Source: Parasitella parasitica NRRL 2501 (lineage: Eukaryota > Fungi > Mucoromycota). From it: DNA of 64,000 bases. The notes beneath the pieces were generated by a model. It did no database searches. It saw only the letters and a program-made list of their open reading frames with translations, and was not told the DNA's origin. How positions within the stretch are numbered: the first letter of the stretch is position 1; every line of letters starts with the position of its first letter. The stretch spans positions 83,892-147,891 of the forward strand of contig MU619265.1 of NCBI GenBank assembly GCA_025201805.1, in the 5' to 3' direction. The position numbers and the translations under genes are program-made. Below, in pieces: positions 48,933 through 63,723 of the stretch.

Positions 48933-51900
48933 ATGGGCCTCTCCGATGACAAGATACAAACGTACAATCCACATCTAAGCCGAGAATTCTCTTTGGCCAG
49001 CAATTCTGACCCTGAAGAACAACCCATGGCTTCGGACGCACAGGCATTTATCACACAACCTGTCAAGCGTGGAAAGTCACTTGTACGACCTGAAAGAGAG
49101 AGGATCGATCCTGGCCATAGACAATACCATTACCGGCAAGCTGCAAGCCAGGCACCAGAGGACTCGTTGCAAGCGAGCAGAACAGGCAATTTGCCTCGCA
49201 CGCTTAGTCGCAGGGCAACTTCGAAATCAGTCGCTATTCGAAGAGGAAAGAGTGTGCTGGGACGAGAGGAAAAGGCAGTGGAAGACGATTTTGCGTACGA
49301 ACAGGAAGAGCGAAAGGCCTCATATTGGGATAAATTTCCAAGGCCTTGGCTACTTTATTGTTATGCTCTTACATTTTGGATCCCTCCGTTTGTGCTAAAA
49401 ATATGCGGTATTCCTTATGGCCAAGCACAAACAGCATGGAGGGAAAAGATCGGTCTTGTTGCTGTCATTTTGGTTATTATGGCATTTGTTGGCTTTCTCA
49501 CATTTGGTTTCACAGCAGCTACATGTCCTGTGCAGCCGGTGAGTGTGCATGGAACTGCTGTCACTCCGGGTTACTTGGTTATTAAAGGCTGGGCGTATAG
49601 TCTTTCGGACTGGCAGAGCCATCCGCCTATCAACGGTGGAAATGAGACGATGAACGTACTATACCCACCCATCAATGGCAGCGGTATGGATGCCTCCTTT
49701 TTGTTCCCTTCTCGTGTGTCGGCCTGCGACAACGTGTTTATTGATTTACAGGGCCAACAGCCCAACTATTTTCCTTGCCAGATGTTTAACCCCAACAACA
49801 CAGTGCCACCTGATGTTTCGCTTTATACGAATCGAACCAACTGCCATACATCCAACACGGCCACTAATCTATTAAGCACATTTGCCTCCCAGGGCGTGCC
49901 AAACAAGGATGGTGTATACAACAAACTCTCCAAGGTATACTACAACTATGAAGATGTGAACACCACCAGCCATCTCATGATCTACAATGGGTAAAACAAT
50001 GTTCCAGATGACCCACGCATACAGAACTGATTCGTTTTACAATATAGGCATGTGTTGAATCTAGCGCTATTGGAATCTTTGCCGCCAACATACTTTCAGA
50101 TTGCTAAAGGTGGACTTGTGGATCGAATACTCGAAGATCCAGATAGCTGGGGTGGAAAGGACATGACCTATGTGATTCAATCGTTCCGTGGATCAGGCTT
50201 ATCTTGGAGCGAAGAGGCCGAATGTCTGTCGCAAACCATCCAAGTCGGGCAGATTGACACTATTTCGGTAGGTTGCATGTTTTCAGATATTGTGTTGTAC
50301 GTTTCTCTGGTCGTAATCCTGGCTGTGATTGGGGCTAAATTTGTGTTTGCTGTCATTTTCGGCTGGTTCTTGTCATGGAAACTGGGCAACTTTTCAGAGG
50401 CAAACTCGTATGCGGCCAGAAGAGAGCGTGAAGAGCAGATTGAGAATTGGACTCGCAACATCAACGCAAACGGGCCTATCACTCGTGTGCCTCCGCCTGT
50501 TCAAGCTGCTCAACCAGCTAAACGCAAAAGCCTTTTCCCGAGATCGTCTAGATTTACACCAGTGGAGCATGGCCCCAATCGATTTGGCTTTGACAAACCA
50601 CCTATGCCTGTCTGGAAAAAGTAACTATACAAACACACGGAGCACATCTAATCCTTTTGCTAAACATTTTTCATAATGAACGTGTAGCAATGGCAGTCGT
50701 CCTGACTCGTTCTATTCAGCAACCACGCCTTCATTCTTCAACAGCCCGCGTAGCCATCGCGGATCCTACAGCTCGTTCTCTACAAACAATAACTACATGG
50801 CACCAGCCATATCCTCCTACTCTTGGGACGGTCGCAGCAGTGATTCTACCAGCGTCAATCGCTCCAGCGTGAATGGGGGTTTGTTTGCCAACGGGCCGCC
50901 ATGTCCTTTTCCCTTGTCACCCTACTGCGTTCCTCAACCGCCCCCCGACTACATGCCATTCAACTACCCTCTTGCGTATACCATGTGCTTAGTTACCTGC
51001 TACTCGGAAGGCGAAGAGGGGATTCGCACTACACTGGATTCCATTGCCGTCAGTGACTATCCAAAAAGCCATACCATGCTACTGGTTATTTGTGATGGCT
51101 TGATTACTGGCAGTGGCGAATCCGTGTCAACACCTGATGTGTGTGTGGGCATGATGCGCGACTTGATTGTGCCTGCGGACGAGGTCAAGCCTCAACCGTA
51201 CGTTGCTATCGGCGACGGTGCCAAGAGAAACAATTGCGCCAAAGTGTACGCTGGGTTTTACAAATTTGACGACGAAACTGTGCCTGTGGACCAGCAAACT
51301 CGTGTGCCTATGATCACTATTGTTAAATGTGGCACAGAAGAGGAGCAGGACGCCTCCAAGCCTGGTAATCGCGGTAAACGAGATTCGCAAATTGTGCTCA
51401 TGCAATTCTTGCAAAAAGTGATGTTTGACGAGCGTATGACTATGATGGAATACGATTTCTTTAATGCAATCTGGCGCGTTACGGGAGTCCCTGCTGATAA
51501 TTTCGAAATCTGCCTCATGGTGGACGCTGATACCAAATTGTATCCCGATGCATTGTCAAGATTGATCTCTGCCGCCGTCAAGGATCCCGAGATATCTGGC
51601 CTTTGCGGTGAAACTCGCATCGCAAACAAGAAGGACAGCTGGGTTAGCATGATTCAAGTGTTCGAGTACTACATTTCCCATCATCAGTCAAAGGCATTCG
51701 AGTCCATTTTTGGTGGCGTCACTTGCTTGCCTGGCTGCTTCTGCATGTACCGAATCAAGGCCCCTAAAGGCCCAAACGGCTACTGGGTTCCCATCCTGGC
51801 AAATCCTGATATTGTAGAACATTACTCTGAAAACATTGTGGACACTCTGCATCGCAAGAACTTGCTGCTACTCGGAGAAGACCGTTATCTGACCACACTG

Positions 51901-52965
51901 ATGCTGCGCACGTTTCCCAATCGCAAAATGATGTTTGTGCCTCAAGCTGTTTGCAAGACTGTTGTTCCAGACACCTTCAAGGTGCTGCTTTCGCAACGCC
52001 GTCGTTGGATCAACTCTACCGTGCACAATTTGTTCGAGCTGCTGCTTGTCAACGATTTATGCGGCACTTTTTGCTTCTCTATGCAGGCTGTGGTGTTTAT
52101 GGAGCTGGTGGGCACTCTGACGCTCCCTGCGGCCATCTCGTTTACGCTGTATTTGGTTATTGAGGCTATTATCGGAAATCCGGCCGTTGTGCCGCTGGTA
52201 TTGCTTGCCCTTATTCTCGGTCTCCCTGCTGTCTTGATTGTGATCACTAGTCGCAAGCTTGTCTATGTCGGATGGATGATCATCTACTTGTTTAGTTTAC
52301 CTATTTGGAATTTTGCTCTTCCCGCGTATGCTTTTTGGCATTTCGACGATTTCTCTTGGGGCGATACCCGTAAAGTCGAAGGTGTAAAGAAAGATAAGGG
52401 CCACGGCGGTGAAGGAGGCGACTTTGATAGCAGCGTAATTACAATGAAAAAGTGGAGCGAGTATGAGATGGAGCGCCGTACCAAAATTGCGCAGGAGAAC
52501 AACCTGCCACTTCCGCGATTTGCACATCGTAATATGAGCGTAGATATTTTCAGAGAAAATGAGCTTTACGATGTTGGAACTAGAAGATACAGCGATCAGT
52601 CAAACGGCAGCGCTCGCATTCCTCTAACGCATGGAAACAATTGCGGCAGCAGCGGCGAAGCACCATCAGAAGCGACACCGCTAGGCATCATACCGGCTGC
52701 TCGAGTGCAGCTCTCAGATCCATCAACATCGTCTAATCATGATATCAATGAAATCATGCAATCTACAGCTATTAATACTGCGAAAGAACAATCAGGAGAC
52801 AAATCTATAGAAAATCATGAATTGAGTTGGATTCAGCAATGTAGCCAGGGAAACAATTGGGCTGATCCTGCGCCGCATCATAGTCATACTCATCTTGAAC
52901 ACGGTCGTAATGATGATAATGATGTGAATCACATTGATAAAGCTCCTCATGCTAAAATTAATTGA
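48933..52965 (+). CDS. Chitin synthase class IV (Chs3-like), 3 exons
   Basis: [74 protein letters not shown]; no myosin motor domain. Confidence 0.95.
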
Positions 52966-53873
52966 AAACTCCCAATGTAATCTATACATGTATAATAATA
53001 AAATAATTACTAGATGAGTAATGCCAATAATTTGTCACACAAGCGTCTCAGAAGCTCAATATATAGTTACCTGTTTATAAAGGAGCGATTTGACGCTGTC
53101 TAATGCGTTACACCTTGCGTACGAAATGCGCCGATTGTGATGTTAAGGCCTATTGTTATGAAAACCACTGCATTATCCGCCTGAATTGCTTGGATTTCGT
53201 CATAGTTAATTTATTTCAATAAGGCACCAGAATGTTATCCTTACATTGCAATTGATTGTGTACAGGCATTTTATCATCGTACGTCGCTGTAGCAAAGCTA
53301 TAATCGGATCATGGAACGAAAATAATCATTTGCTTATTATATTGAGACGCTATTTATACACAACATTAATGGTACCAAGTACACTCACCAAAGTATTAAT
53401 TGGATGAGTATTTGTTTACCTTATTAAATGTTTTTCATTATAAAAGGAACAATAGCTGGCTTGTATAAAGCCACCATTATATGTATATGACAGCAAACAT
53501 CACGTGTATATTCGACTTTTGTTATTATACATACATTTGTATTGTCAATGATTGATTGTCTGTAACAAAAAAAAAAAAAGGGTATATGAATACAAGTGAT
53601 TTCGGTTTTTCATTTCTCACTTTACTCTTTTGCTTTTCTTTGCTTTTTCCCTTGTTTTATCAGCCAAAGGAGAGCATATCCACGCCAGTGAATTCACATT
53701 CAAGCCAAATCAACTGTCTACGTATTGTGCTGCTTGTCAATTAAACCAATTGGAAAGATATCCGTTTGTAAGTATAGACTTTTCAGATTTTTCATGCAAA
53801 ATAATGAAGCAGCAGCCAACAACCCCTTAAAATCTTGGGCCTAATTTTTTTTTATAGAGAGGGAGAGAGAGGC

Positions 53874-55107
53874 ATGGTGGAAAAGCGTATCAAGATAAAC
53901 TGCAGCTCAAACATGATTAAAGACAAGGTAACTGTGAATGGACACGTATGGCGTTGCTGGACAGTGAACCTGGAAGCATCACATGTCAATTTAAGCGAGC
54001 ACATTAAACATGTCGAATATATGCTCCATGAATCTTTTAGATCACCACCGATTGGTAAGCTGTGATAAATAGAATATTATGATATACACGTAACCTGATA
54101 TTTCTTTCTTCAAGTATGCAACGAGCCGCCTTATCAAATACAACGAGAAGGGTGGGGAGAATTCGATCTAAGAATATCGCTACATCTAAAGGATCCTCTT
54201 GTACCATCGCCGCAGACTTTTTTATTTGATTTAAACTTTCAAAAACCCAAATACTCTAAGTTCAAGAAGGTGGTAATGTATATTAGACACAAACATTTAT
54301 AACATTGATTGTCTTAATTGTGCATTTTATTTCTTATTTTAGGTACTTGGAACTGATACAGAGTACAAACAAGAAGACTCTGAGTTTGATGAAGAGGATT
54401 TGCATCGTCGACACAGCCCAAACAAGCGCAGGAATGCAAATAGCGGCAAAAACTCCAAAATGATATATAAACGCCAAAGATCATCCTCCTCAGTTACTTC
54501 TTTAATCGTCAAGGCTACACCTGCTGATAACAATAATAAAGATCTACAGCAAAATCAACAACAGCCACAGGCAAAGCGAATACTGCACCCACAAAAAAAG
54601 CAAGAGCAACATAGACAACCGCATTTACACCAACACAAACAAAACGCTGCTTGTAGATCATCTCCTCACTACATATTGAATCAGGGAAATGACCTGAATC
54701 TTGTACTAGAGAGCAAGGTAAAAGATCGATGGCGGTTCAAAATTGACAAGTGATTTACATTTCTTGCAACAGACGATTGATTTAGCAGAATTGAAGGCAT
54801 TATTAGAAGCACTCGACGAATACAATCTTCGAAAGGTGTACACCATAATGATGAAGTATGATACAAGTGCAATGGATATCAAAGAAACCAACGGTAAGTC
54901 GCTTGAAGCGCGTGTCGGCTGTGTATTTAGATGTTTTATCCCACTATAGATGGCTATTACTTGATTGATATCAATTCTGCCTCTGCTGATCTAATTAACA
55001 AATTATGGGAATTTGTCATCGATGTTGAAATTGAAAAATGCAGAGAAGGTTCTACATTGTCTGAAAATATCAATCAGCAGCATCAACAGCATACATCATA
55101 CCTCTAG
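53874..55107 (+). CDS. Taf14-like YEATS-domain protein with a C-terminal ET-like domain, multi-exon
   Basis: HVEYMLHESF, EPPYQIQREGWGEFDL; C-terminus IDLAELKALLEAL...IDINSASADLINKLWEF. Intron 54718-54772 explains the apparent frame change. Confidence 0.85.
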
Positions 55108-55963
55108 ACGAAAAAAAAAACTTCTATCAGTCATTCCCATGTGTTGTATATACCGTAAATGATTCAATCATCCCCCTCATTAGCATCATCATCAACAGAT
55201 ATATGATTCATCACCACATTTACTCTTGTAAAAAAATATATTTGTATATATATAATACACTTGATAATTGCATAAATAAAATACATACATGTAAGGNNNN
55301 NNNNNNNNNNNNNNNNNNNNNNNNNNNNNNNNNNNNNNNNNNNNNNNNNNNNNNNNNNNNNNNNNNNNNNNNNNNNNNNNNNNNNNNNNNNNNNNNNNNN
55401 NNNNNNNNNNNNNNNNNNNNNNNNNNNNNNNNNNNNNNNNNNNNNNNNNNNNNNNNNNNNNNNNNNCTCACATTTTGTTTGCTACATGATATTTGATTCT
55501 AAACTGTTGCAAAAAAAAATATTAAGAAAATCATTAGGATTACTACTGCTATTACTAGATATGAAGACAAAAGAGAAAATTTAGTTTGTACATTTACATT
55601 AATAAAAATCTAACCTGACCATGCGTTACATACATCAATTATGTATACATGTATTTTTTTTTATTTTTTATTTTTTTCGTGGTGCATTGCAGTAAAATGT
55701 TATGCAAGATACTTCTACATGGTTTAACTGGAAAAGGCCATTAGGAGGATATCTACGCATCTGTCATAATAAATAAATAATCCCCTAAGAAATCAAAGAT
55801 CTTCCTTGTATTTGCATTTACTCTGCGTAAAATAACAAATCAACCGAATTCGCTCTATTTATTCGATTTTTTCCTGTGTTTATCCTTTTCTTTCCTTTTT
55901 GTTTTTTTTCATTTCACTCATTTTGTAAATTATACTTATACCTTAATACATCTGTATCACTTA

Positions 55964-58893
55964 ATGACTACAACGACTACAGAGTCACCTCATGACAGTG
56001 ACCCTCAACATCTACACAGCACTTTGGACGAAAAGAAAGATGCAGTCGAATTTGAAGAGCATCAGCACATAGAGCATGAAGATGAAATCTCGCCAGAATT
56101 AGAGTTGCTGTTGCACACAGATCCCAGCCATGGCCTTACAAGCGCTGATGTCGCAGAAAGACAGGCTAAATTTGGCATGAATGAGTTGCCAGAAAAAAAG
56201 ACGAATCCGTTCCTAAAGTTTTTCAGCTATTTCACTGGGCCTATTTCCTATCTAATTGAAATTTCTTGCATCATTGCCGCTGTTGTAGGCGACTGGATTG
56301 ATTTTGGTATCATCCTGGCTTTGCTGATCATCAATGCCGTTATTGGCTACATTGAAGAAGCAAAGGCTGAGTCTGCTCTGGATGCATTGCGTCAAACACT
56401 GGCCCTCAAGACGAGAAGCTACCGTGACAACGAATTAAAAGAGGTCGATGTGAAGGAGCTGGTTCCAGGCGACATCATCGTGCTTCGTATTGGTGATATC
56501 GTTCCTGCTGATGCCCGTATTCTGGGCCTTGGTGTCAATGGCGAAGAAAATGATTCCGAACTCATGATTGATCAATCTGGCTTAACTGGTGAATCACTCT
56601 TGGTTGCCAAGAAGAAGGGCAGCACTGTCTACTCCTCTAGTATCATCAAACAAGGTCAGCAACTAGCTATCGTTACCAAGACAGGCACCAATACCTTTAT
56701 TGGCCGTGCTGCAAACCTGATCGCCATTACTGCTGAAGAAGGCCACTTTCAAAAGATTATCGGTAAAATCGGTAATGTCTTGATCTGGTCGACCGTCATT
56801 CTGGTTCTTATTGTGTTTATCTACCAAATGGTGCGCTTCCGCGGTACTCCCAAGGGTAACTGGAAGATTGTGCTGGAAAATTGCCTTGTCTTGACTGTCG
56901 CTGCTATCCCTGTTGGTCTTCCCACCGTGATGTCTGTTACGATGGCTGTCGGAGCCAAGCAATTGGCTGCTAAACAGGTTATTGTCAAGCGCCTTACTGC
57001 TGTTGAAGAATTGGCCTCAGTCTCCGTCCTCTGCTCTGACAAGACGGGTACATTAACCTTGAACGAGCTAACATTTGATACGCCCTGGCTCACAAACAAC
57101 TACACTGAAGATGACATCCTGCTCTACTCTTATTTGGCTGCTGAACCAGGAGCCAACGATCCTATTGAATCTGCTGTTCGCCGTGCCGCTGAAAGCCAGT
57201 TGGACGTCCTCAAAAACCGTGCAAATGCTCGTGAAATTCCTGGCTACAAAGTGACCAAATTCTCTCCATTCAATCCCACTACCAAAATGACACAAGCTAC
57301 AATCTTGGACCTTACTACAAACCAAAGCTTCAGCGTTGCCAAAGGTGCTCCTCAAGTGATTACCAAATTGGTTGGCGGCGATGATGAAGCTGTCCATGCT
57401 GTGAATTCCCTTGCTCGTCGTGGGCTGCGTGCTCTTGGTGTGGCAAAGACCTTGCCTGGCACTGATGACAAGTTTGAGCTGGTTGGTATGATTTCTCTTT
57501 TGGACCCTCCTCGCCCTGATTCTTGCACTACTATCGCCGAATGCAATGCCCTTGGCGTAGATGTTAAAATGATTACCGGTGATCAAATGATTATTGCCAA
57601 GGAAGTTGCTGCTCGTCTTGGCATGGGCCGTGTTATTCTTGATGCTAATCACCTGGTTGATCCCAACAAGTCTGAAGATGAAGTGACTGAACACTGTGTC
57701 CGCGCTGATGGTTTTGCTCAAGTTATCCCTGAACACAAGTACCGTGTGGTTGAATTGCTCCAGAACAAAGGTCTCTTGGTTGGCATGACTGGTGATGGTG
57801 TGAACGACGCTCCTGCTCTCAAGAAGGCAGACGTCGGTATTGCTGTTGAGGGCTGTACTGATGCTGCCCGCTCTGCTGCTGATATTGTCCTGCTTGCTCC
57901 TGGTCTTTCCACTATCACAGACGGTATTATCACCTCTCGGGCCATTTTCCAGCGTCTCCGTTCCTATGCTCTTTACCGTATCACTTCTACTATTCATTTC
58001 TTGCTGTTTATGTTTATCATCACCTTGATTGAGGACTGGACCATGCCCGCTGTGCTTCTGATCATGATTTGCGTATTGGTAAGTTTTTTTATTTAAATCT
58101 TGTTCAGAACCCTAAGTTTTCGGTTACTTTTAGAATGATGCTGCTACGTTGGTCATTTCCGTTGACAATACTGAAATTTCCGAAAGACCTGACAAATGGC
58201 GTATTGGACAATTGCTCACGCTGTCGTTTGTTCTCGCTGCACTGCTGGCTGCCTTATCTTTTGCTCATTTCTATGTCGCTCGAGATGTATTCCACGTTAG
58301 CGACAATGAGCTGCATTCGATCATGTACTTGCACATTTCATCAGGTAAAACAAATACAGAACACATGTCTTTTCCACAACAAATATCTAATTACTCAACA
58401 GCTCCCCATTTTGTTATCTTCTCTACTCGTGTACCTGGCTACTGGTGGAAGAATATCCCCAACTGGATTTTCACTGTATGTATCATCGGTACACAGATCA
58501 TTGCATTGTTCTTTTCAGTGTATGGTATCTTTGGTGAACATGAAGGTGTCGCTCCCTGCGGTTATCCTTGGGGCTTAGCTGTTCTTGGTATCTCTCTTGT
58601 CTATTTCATGTTCCTTGATGCCGTTAAGGTTCGCATCTTCCGTTCATGGAGCTTTGAAATGACTGCCAAGGTTGTGCCTACCAAGGGTCGCAAAGCTAAA
58701 TTGGCGCAACGCAAAGAAACAAAAGCTAGAGGTCTGGAGGTCGAGCAAGCATGGAAAAAGATCCAGACGTAAGTATATCCAGCAGAGCTTGATATGTCAT
58801 GTTTGCTAATACCATTTCTCCTCGGATTGTAGTCCTGTCGAAGCTAACTCCATTGCTCTTGCATTCCAAAACTTTGCTCAAAGAACCAACTAA
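55964..58893 (+). CDS. PMA1: Plasma-membrane H+-ATPase (P3A P-type ATPase), 4 exons
   Basis: DQSGLTGES, IPVGLP, LCSDKTGTLT, KGAPQ, DPPRPD, TGDGVNDAPALKKA; stop at 58891-58893. Confidence 0.95.
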
Positions 58894-60841
58894 AATACTG
58901 AAAAAAAAAAAAAAAAAATACGAAGAGCCCCCTTACATTTCTCTTCTCAAACATACATTATAAGCAACTGCCCATTTATTAATATCATAGTTTCTTCATA
59001 TAATTATTTACTTCTTTCTTACTTTTATCCATAACTATTTTTCTATTTTTTTTTTTTTTTTTTTTTGAATTATTGTCGTTTGAAAAATATAACAAAAAAA
59101 AAATTAACAAAATCAATAAATTGTCATATTACATGTTGATAACATATTCGGTGCATTATGATGCAAAAGTCAATTTGTTTCGCTAACATTGCATTATCTT
59201 AATGTATAGCCCCAGAGCTATTTCTTTCTTGCAGGCAATGTAGAAACAAGGGGTACAGACATCGAAAAACCATATTTCAAATTTATGCATGGTGCTATTA
59301 GTAAGATATCAATCGATGCTGCAAAAGACAAAAAAAAAAACTATCATTCCTATTTACTATTTGCAAATGACAATATATGCATATCTATATAATACATATG
59401 ATCTGTTTTTCAGTTTACCAGAAATTTAAGTATAAGTTTCTCTGTCAACAAACGTTAAGAGCCTTATTTCTCACATGCAAAAATCGGTTTGCGAATACAA
59501 CTTGGATTCACATGTCAAAATGCATTGACCAGTATTGGTTACACATTCACCTATATGTTCAAAACATATTTTATATAAAAAAATTGAGATAAAAAAAGGT
59601 ATAATATGTATATATAGTAGCAGAAGGTGATCGAATTTATAAAACAGCAATGTATTTTCACTTGTAAATCGTATGAAACCCTGTAAACAAAGATGCTCAC
59701 TGCTGATCGTCATTGTAGCCCCGCACCTCGTTGTGTATCTGAAAGTAGGCTAATCTTTTTAGCATAGATCAAGATATCCCAGAGCAAAATGTGTACCTTG
59801 GTTCAGGCCAATAAAATAAAACGATCGTCTCGATCTGCGAAATATGCTGTACGCAATATAGGATTGACAAGAGTATATAGTTGAGCGAATCAAATATAAT
59901 ATTAGATGCTATTACCAATTGTCATTGTATATTCTAGAAGTAGAAAAGTTTACAAGTCAGCTTGTTTGCCAATACGTAGCTCAATAACAAGAACCAATAT
60001 ATAAAGCAGATACAGTATTTACATGACATTCACATACGAAGGTTTAATGTTTGTTGTGTCTTTATTCTGTATGTGCAATGATCCAGTTTGTGGCATGGTT
60101 GACATGTTTTCGTAGATGTTACCTTTCTTTACCTTTCTTTACCTTCCATTTTGTCTATATTACCAACACATATGGACGCACAAAAATGGCTGGAGATACA
60201 AGAATGATGCTCGAATTGTCCTTTTGCACGCACTTGACAGGGTGCTGTAACATGGATCTCTGTTTTTGGAAAGTCGCATCGTTGAGTTGTTGTCATTATA
60301 TACAAATGTAGCGTTATCAGCAGTTATGATAAACGAAACTTCTTGTTTACAGAGATTCCACACGCTCTAATGATATAGTGGTGTAGTGATAGATATGATA
60401 CTCGTTTCGAGAGTGTCTGTGCTTGTTAGTTCTTTTTATAATTTTCACATGTGAAAATTAGCACAAAATTTCTCGTTTCAAGCAGCCCGATGTGGACCAG
60501 ATTCACGACAAAGTAATAGATATATCACAGATAGAGCCTGGTCTGTTTCACTATGGAAAGCATGTAACAATAAAGCGACTGGATGGTTTTCAGGTACATA
60601 AGATTTCATATGACAAAATATTGACAACGGACTGTAAACTATGATACTGATAAGGCATCATTTAGATGGGGAAAAATGCGAACAGCACACGTTTAAAAGG
60701 TTAATTTCGGTTAAACTGCCTCATTTTCTGTTTCTGTAAAACGCCTCCAAATACAAAAAAAAAACCTTTTTTTTCTCTTTCTTTTCTCCTTTCTTTCTTG
60801 TTATACCCCCCCCCCCTCCCCACTTCTCCAGCAAAATCCAG

Positions 60842-62098
60842 ATGGATCAGCAAGAAAACACACAGCAAGTTGCTATAGACGAAGATGTATTATCGGATAC
60901 AGCATCAGTTGCATCTTCTTCCTCAGAAGCTACCGCCACAAGCACTTATGATGCAGACGAAAAGTTAGGGAAATTTGTTTCACGTGTCACCTCCTTTCCA
61001 ATTGTTCAAGATGGTGTTTCAACTGTGCACGCCATTGCCAACAAGACCAGCCTTGGCAGATTTGCGCTCTCAACTGCCAACTCCACTTTATCCACCGTCA
61101 GCAGATATACCCATAGTCAGCCTGCCTATGTTCAATCTTATTATGAAAGCTACATTCAGCCTCATGTTGAAAAAGCAGATACTTTCGGATGTCGATCTTT
61201 AGATTTGCTTCAAGACAAATTCCCTGTCGTCAACCAATCAACAACCGAAATTGTACGAGCTGTTACTGCCCCTTCTTGTCAAATCGTAGATGGTGTCAGA
61301 GTTAGAATTGACGCTTCCATCAAACAACCTGCTAATCAAGTTGCCAAGGAGGCCAACAAGCGCATAGGCTCTGTTGTTGACAATGTCGAAGCTGTGCTGG
61401 ATCGCTATCTCCCCGCTTCCGAAAAAAAGGGCAGTGATGAAGCTCATGAAATCAACCAAGCTGTCCGTGCGTACTATCTTATGAACGATGCCACCGCTCG
61501 TCTTAGCCATAGAGTAACTGAGCAAGTCAAAAATTCTGCATCCCAATTTCCTCGCTCTCGTGATGATCTTGCTCGTATTACCGAAACCTCAGCCCTGGTT
61601 CAAAAGACCACCGCCAACATCCAAGCCCTGCAAGAAACCATTGCTCAATCAGTTTCTGTTTATGCCCAAGCTGCTCAGAAGCGACTTCCTCCTGCCGTTA
61701 CTGAGCATCTGCAAACTGTCCATGCTAAAACCAATGAAAAACTTGCTACCTTGACCCAGCAAGTCTCTGTACAACTCTCTCAATTAGTAGATTGCGTCAA
61801 GTTTCAATCCAACGAAACTCCCGAATGGCTCAAGAATCGTGTTGCGTCTCTTGTGGAGATTGCCAACAAGCAAATCGAGTTAGTTCGTGCCCAGTTCACT
61901 CGTAACGACATTTCCTCTTTAGACAAGGCCAAGAATGTTGCTCAGGCTCTTCAAAAGCAAGTCTTGCCTATCTTGCAGAATGCTCAAGCTCAGTTGAACT
62001 ATTACTCTGAAGTTGCTCGTCAAAAAGCTTCCACCGATCTAAAACTTCCTCTGGAATATCTTGGCCTGGCTCATGCTCCCAAACTGGCTTCTACATAG
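60842..62098 (+). CDS. Perilipin/CAP20-like lipid-droplet protein
   Basis: Intronless 418-aa ORF. PAT-like FVSRVTSFPIVQDGV, ADTFGCRSLDLLQDKFP, VLDRYLP; amphipathic helical C-terminus. Confidence 0.8.
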   Translation: MDQQENTQQVAIDEDVLSDTASVASSSSEATATSTYDADEKLGKFVSRVTSFPIVQDGVSTVHAIANKTSLGRFALSTANSTLSTVSRYTHSQPAYVQSYYESYIQPHVEKADTFGCRSLDLLQDKFPVVNQSTTEIVRAVTAPSCQIVDGVRVRIDASIKQPANQVAKEANKRIGSVVDNVEAVLDRYLPASEKKGSDEAHEINQAVRAYYLMNDATARLSHRVTEQVKNSASQFPRSRDDLARITETSALVQKTTANIQALQETIAQSVSVYAQAAQKRLPPAVTEHLQTVHAKTNEKLATLTQQVSVQLSQLVDCVKFQSNETPEWLKNRVASLVEIANKQIELVRAQFTRNDISSLDKAKNVAQALQKQVLPILQNAQAQLNYYSEVARQKASTDLKLPLEYLGLAHAPKLAST

Positions 62099-63686
62099 TT
62101 GGTTTTGATCAAACAGTTTATAGTATATAAAAAAGGAGAAGGATCGGGAAAAACCGTACCTTTTTTTTTTGTCATGAAAAATCTCTAATCGCTTCATTTG
62201 ATGGTGATGCTCCGTATCTGTTTTAGTATTTTATTCAAATTTTTAATGCGTAAACTGCACTCAAAAGTTCACTAATATTTATTGACATAAACTTTGTATG
62301 CATCGGATCGATTTGATACCAGTAAAACGGTGCACGAGACAAGATTCTTCTCAAAAACATCATCTATTTTCATTTCTAATACAGTCATTACGTAAAAATG
62401 GCACAGAGATAGTGCTAAATTTGACTTTATTAGTAAAGCATGATTGGTGGCATATGGACTTGATTCATAACCATGATGTATATGCATTGTCTCAAATTAG
62501 CCAATTTAGTCAATAAACAAAATTAAATGATACAAATATCAGGTAGCGCACCGAATTCGCCTTTCTGATCTTGGCTCTCTCCCTTAACATTATAAACCCA
62601 AGATACCCCCCCCCCATACTGTGCTTGCACTCCCAATTTATCGCATATTTCTTGATTTTATTAATTGCATCCATTTTGTTTTGAGATGGATTTCTTTCAT
62701 GAAAATCATTTATCGACTTCGTCGAACGTATCCTTCAGCGTTATGTAGCTTTTATATCTAGTAAAGTAATCGTCGGTCAGCCCTTTATCGTAGCATACTT
62801 TCCAGGTTCTTCTGTTTGTGGATTTTTGGGTATTCATTCATGAATTCTCTGGCATAATTCGTGTCACCAAGTGGCGCAGATTATATTGTTGGTTAAATGC
62901 CACTGTGGATACCGTCTATTAGCAGTTAAACACTCGATGGCAAATCCAATGGTGTTGGCATTGGGCAATTTTGAACTCTTTTTTGAGTTTGGGTTTCGTT
63001 GCTGTTTTGGACTTGTTGTTGCACTAGTTGTGAGGGTCTTGATAAAATGTGAAGCAAAAAACTTAAATCAGAATCCTATCCGCGTAATTTTAAAACAAGT
63101 AATGAGAACAGCCAGCTCTATTCACTACTCATGATCCTTCAGTATTGCCTTTGACATCAAATCAGTCCACAGACGGTGTTTGGGAGGAGTAATCAAACCA
63201 GGAAGAGCAAAGGAGGGAACTTTCATTATTGAATTTTCTTTGGTTTCAGCTATCAGAAAGCGACATCTTGTCGAGCGGAACAGTGTATTCCATAACTTAC
63301 CCAAATCAATTCCATATTCCCCACCAGCGTACTTTGCTGCACTCGCATGCACTGTCGCTATTCCTCTAAAACATCTCGATAGATTTGTATTCAGGTGAAT
63401 TTTGGAAGAATATACGCATAGAGCTATTCTCTTTGGTTCACAAAGCTTTGATGTCTGTGCACTTTTAAAACATTTCATAATAACATTGTAGATACGATAT
63501 GCCACTGATATAGCGTATTTCACACGAAGTTGTCATGATAATTGGTGATGTTTATTAGGTCTATAACAAGATGCATCAAATAAGCAACTTGGGTTCTATC
63601 TTTTCACTTGTATCAAACTCGGAAAATGCGACAACTAGTTTTACAAATTTATTATAACACAATATCATTAACAAGTATAGATTAGG

Positions 63687-63723
63687 TCGGCCCATTTGGG
63701 CCGATTCAGCCCAGTTGGGCCGA
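63687..63723. repeat. Tandem pair of GC-rich 18-bp palindromes
   Basis: TCGGCCCA-TT-TGGGCCGA (63687-63704) and TCAGCCCA-GT-TGGGCCGA (63706-63723). Confidence 0.85.

Noticed and set aside
54718-54772. Apparent frameshift in the YEATS gene
   Set aside because: Explained by a 55-nt GT-AG intron.
57068-57997. 309-aa minus-strand ORF opposite PMA1, and similar ORFs opposite the chitin synthase and BCAS3-like genes
   Set aside because: Antisense shadow ORFs.
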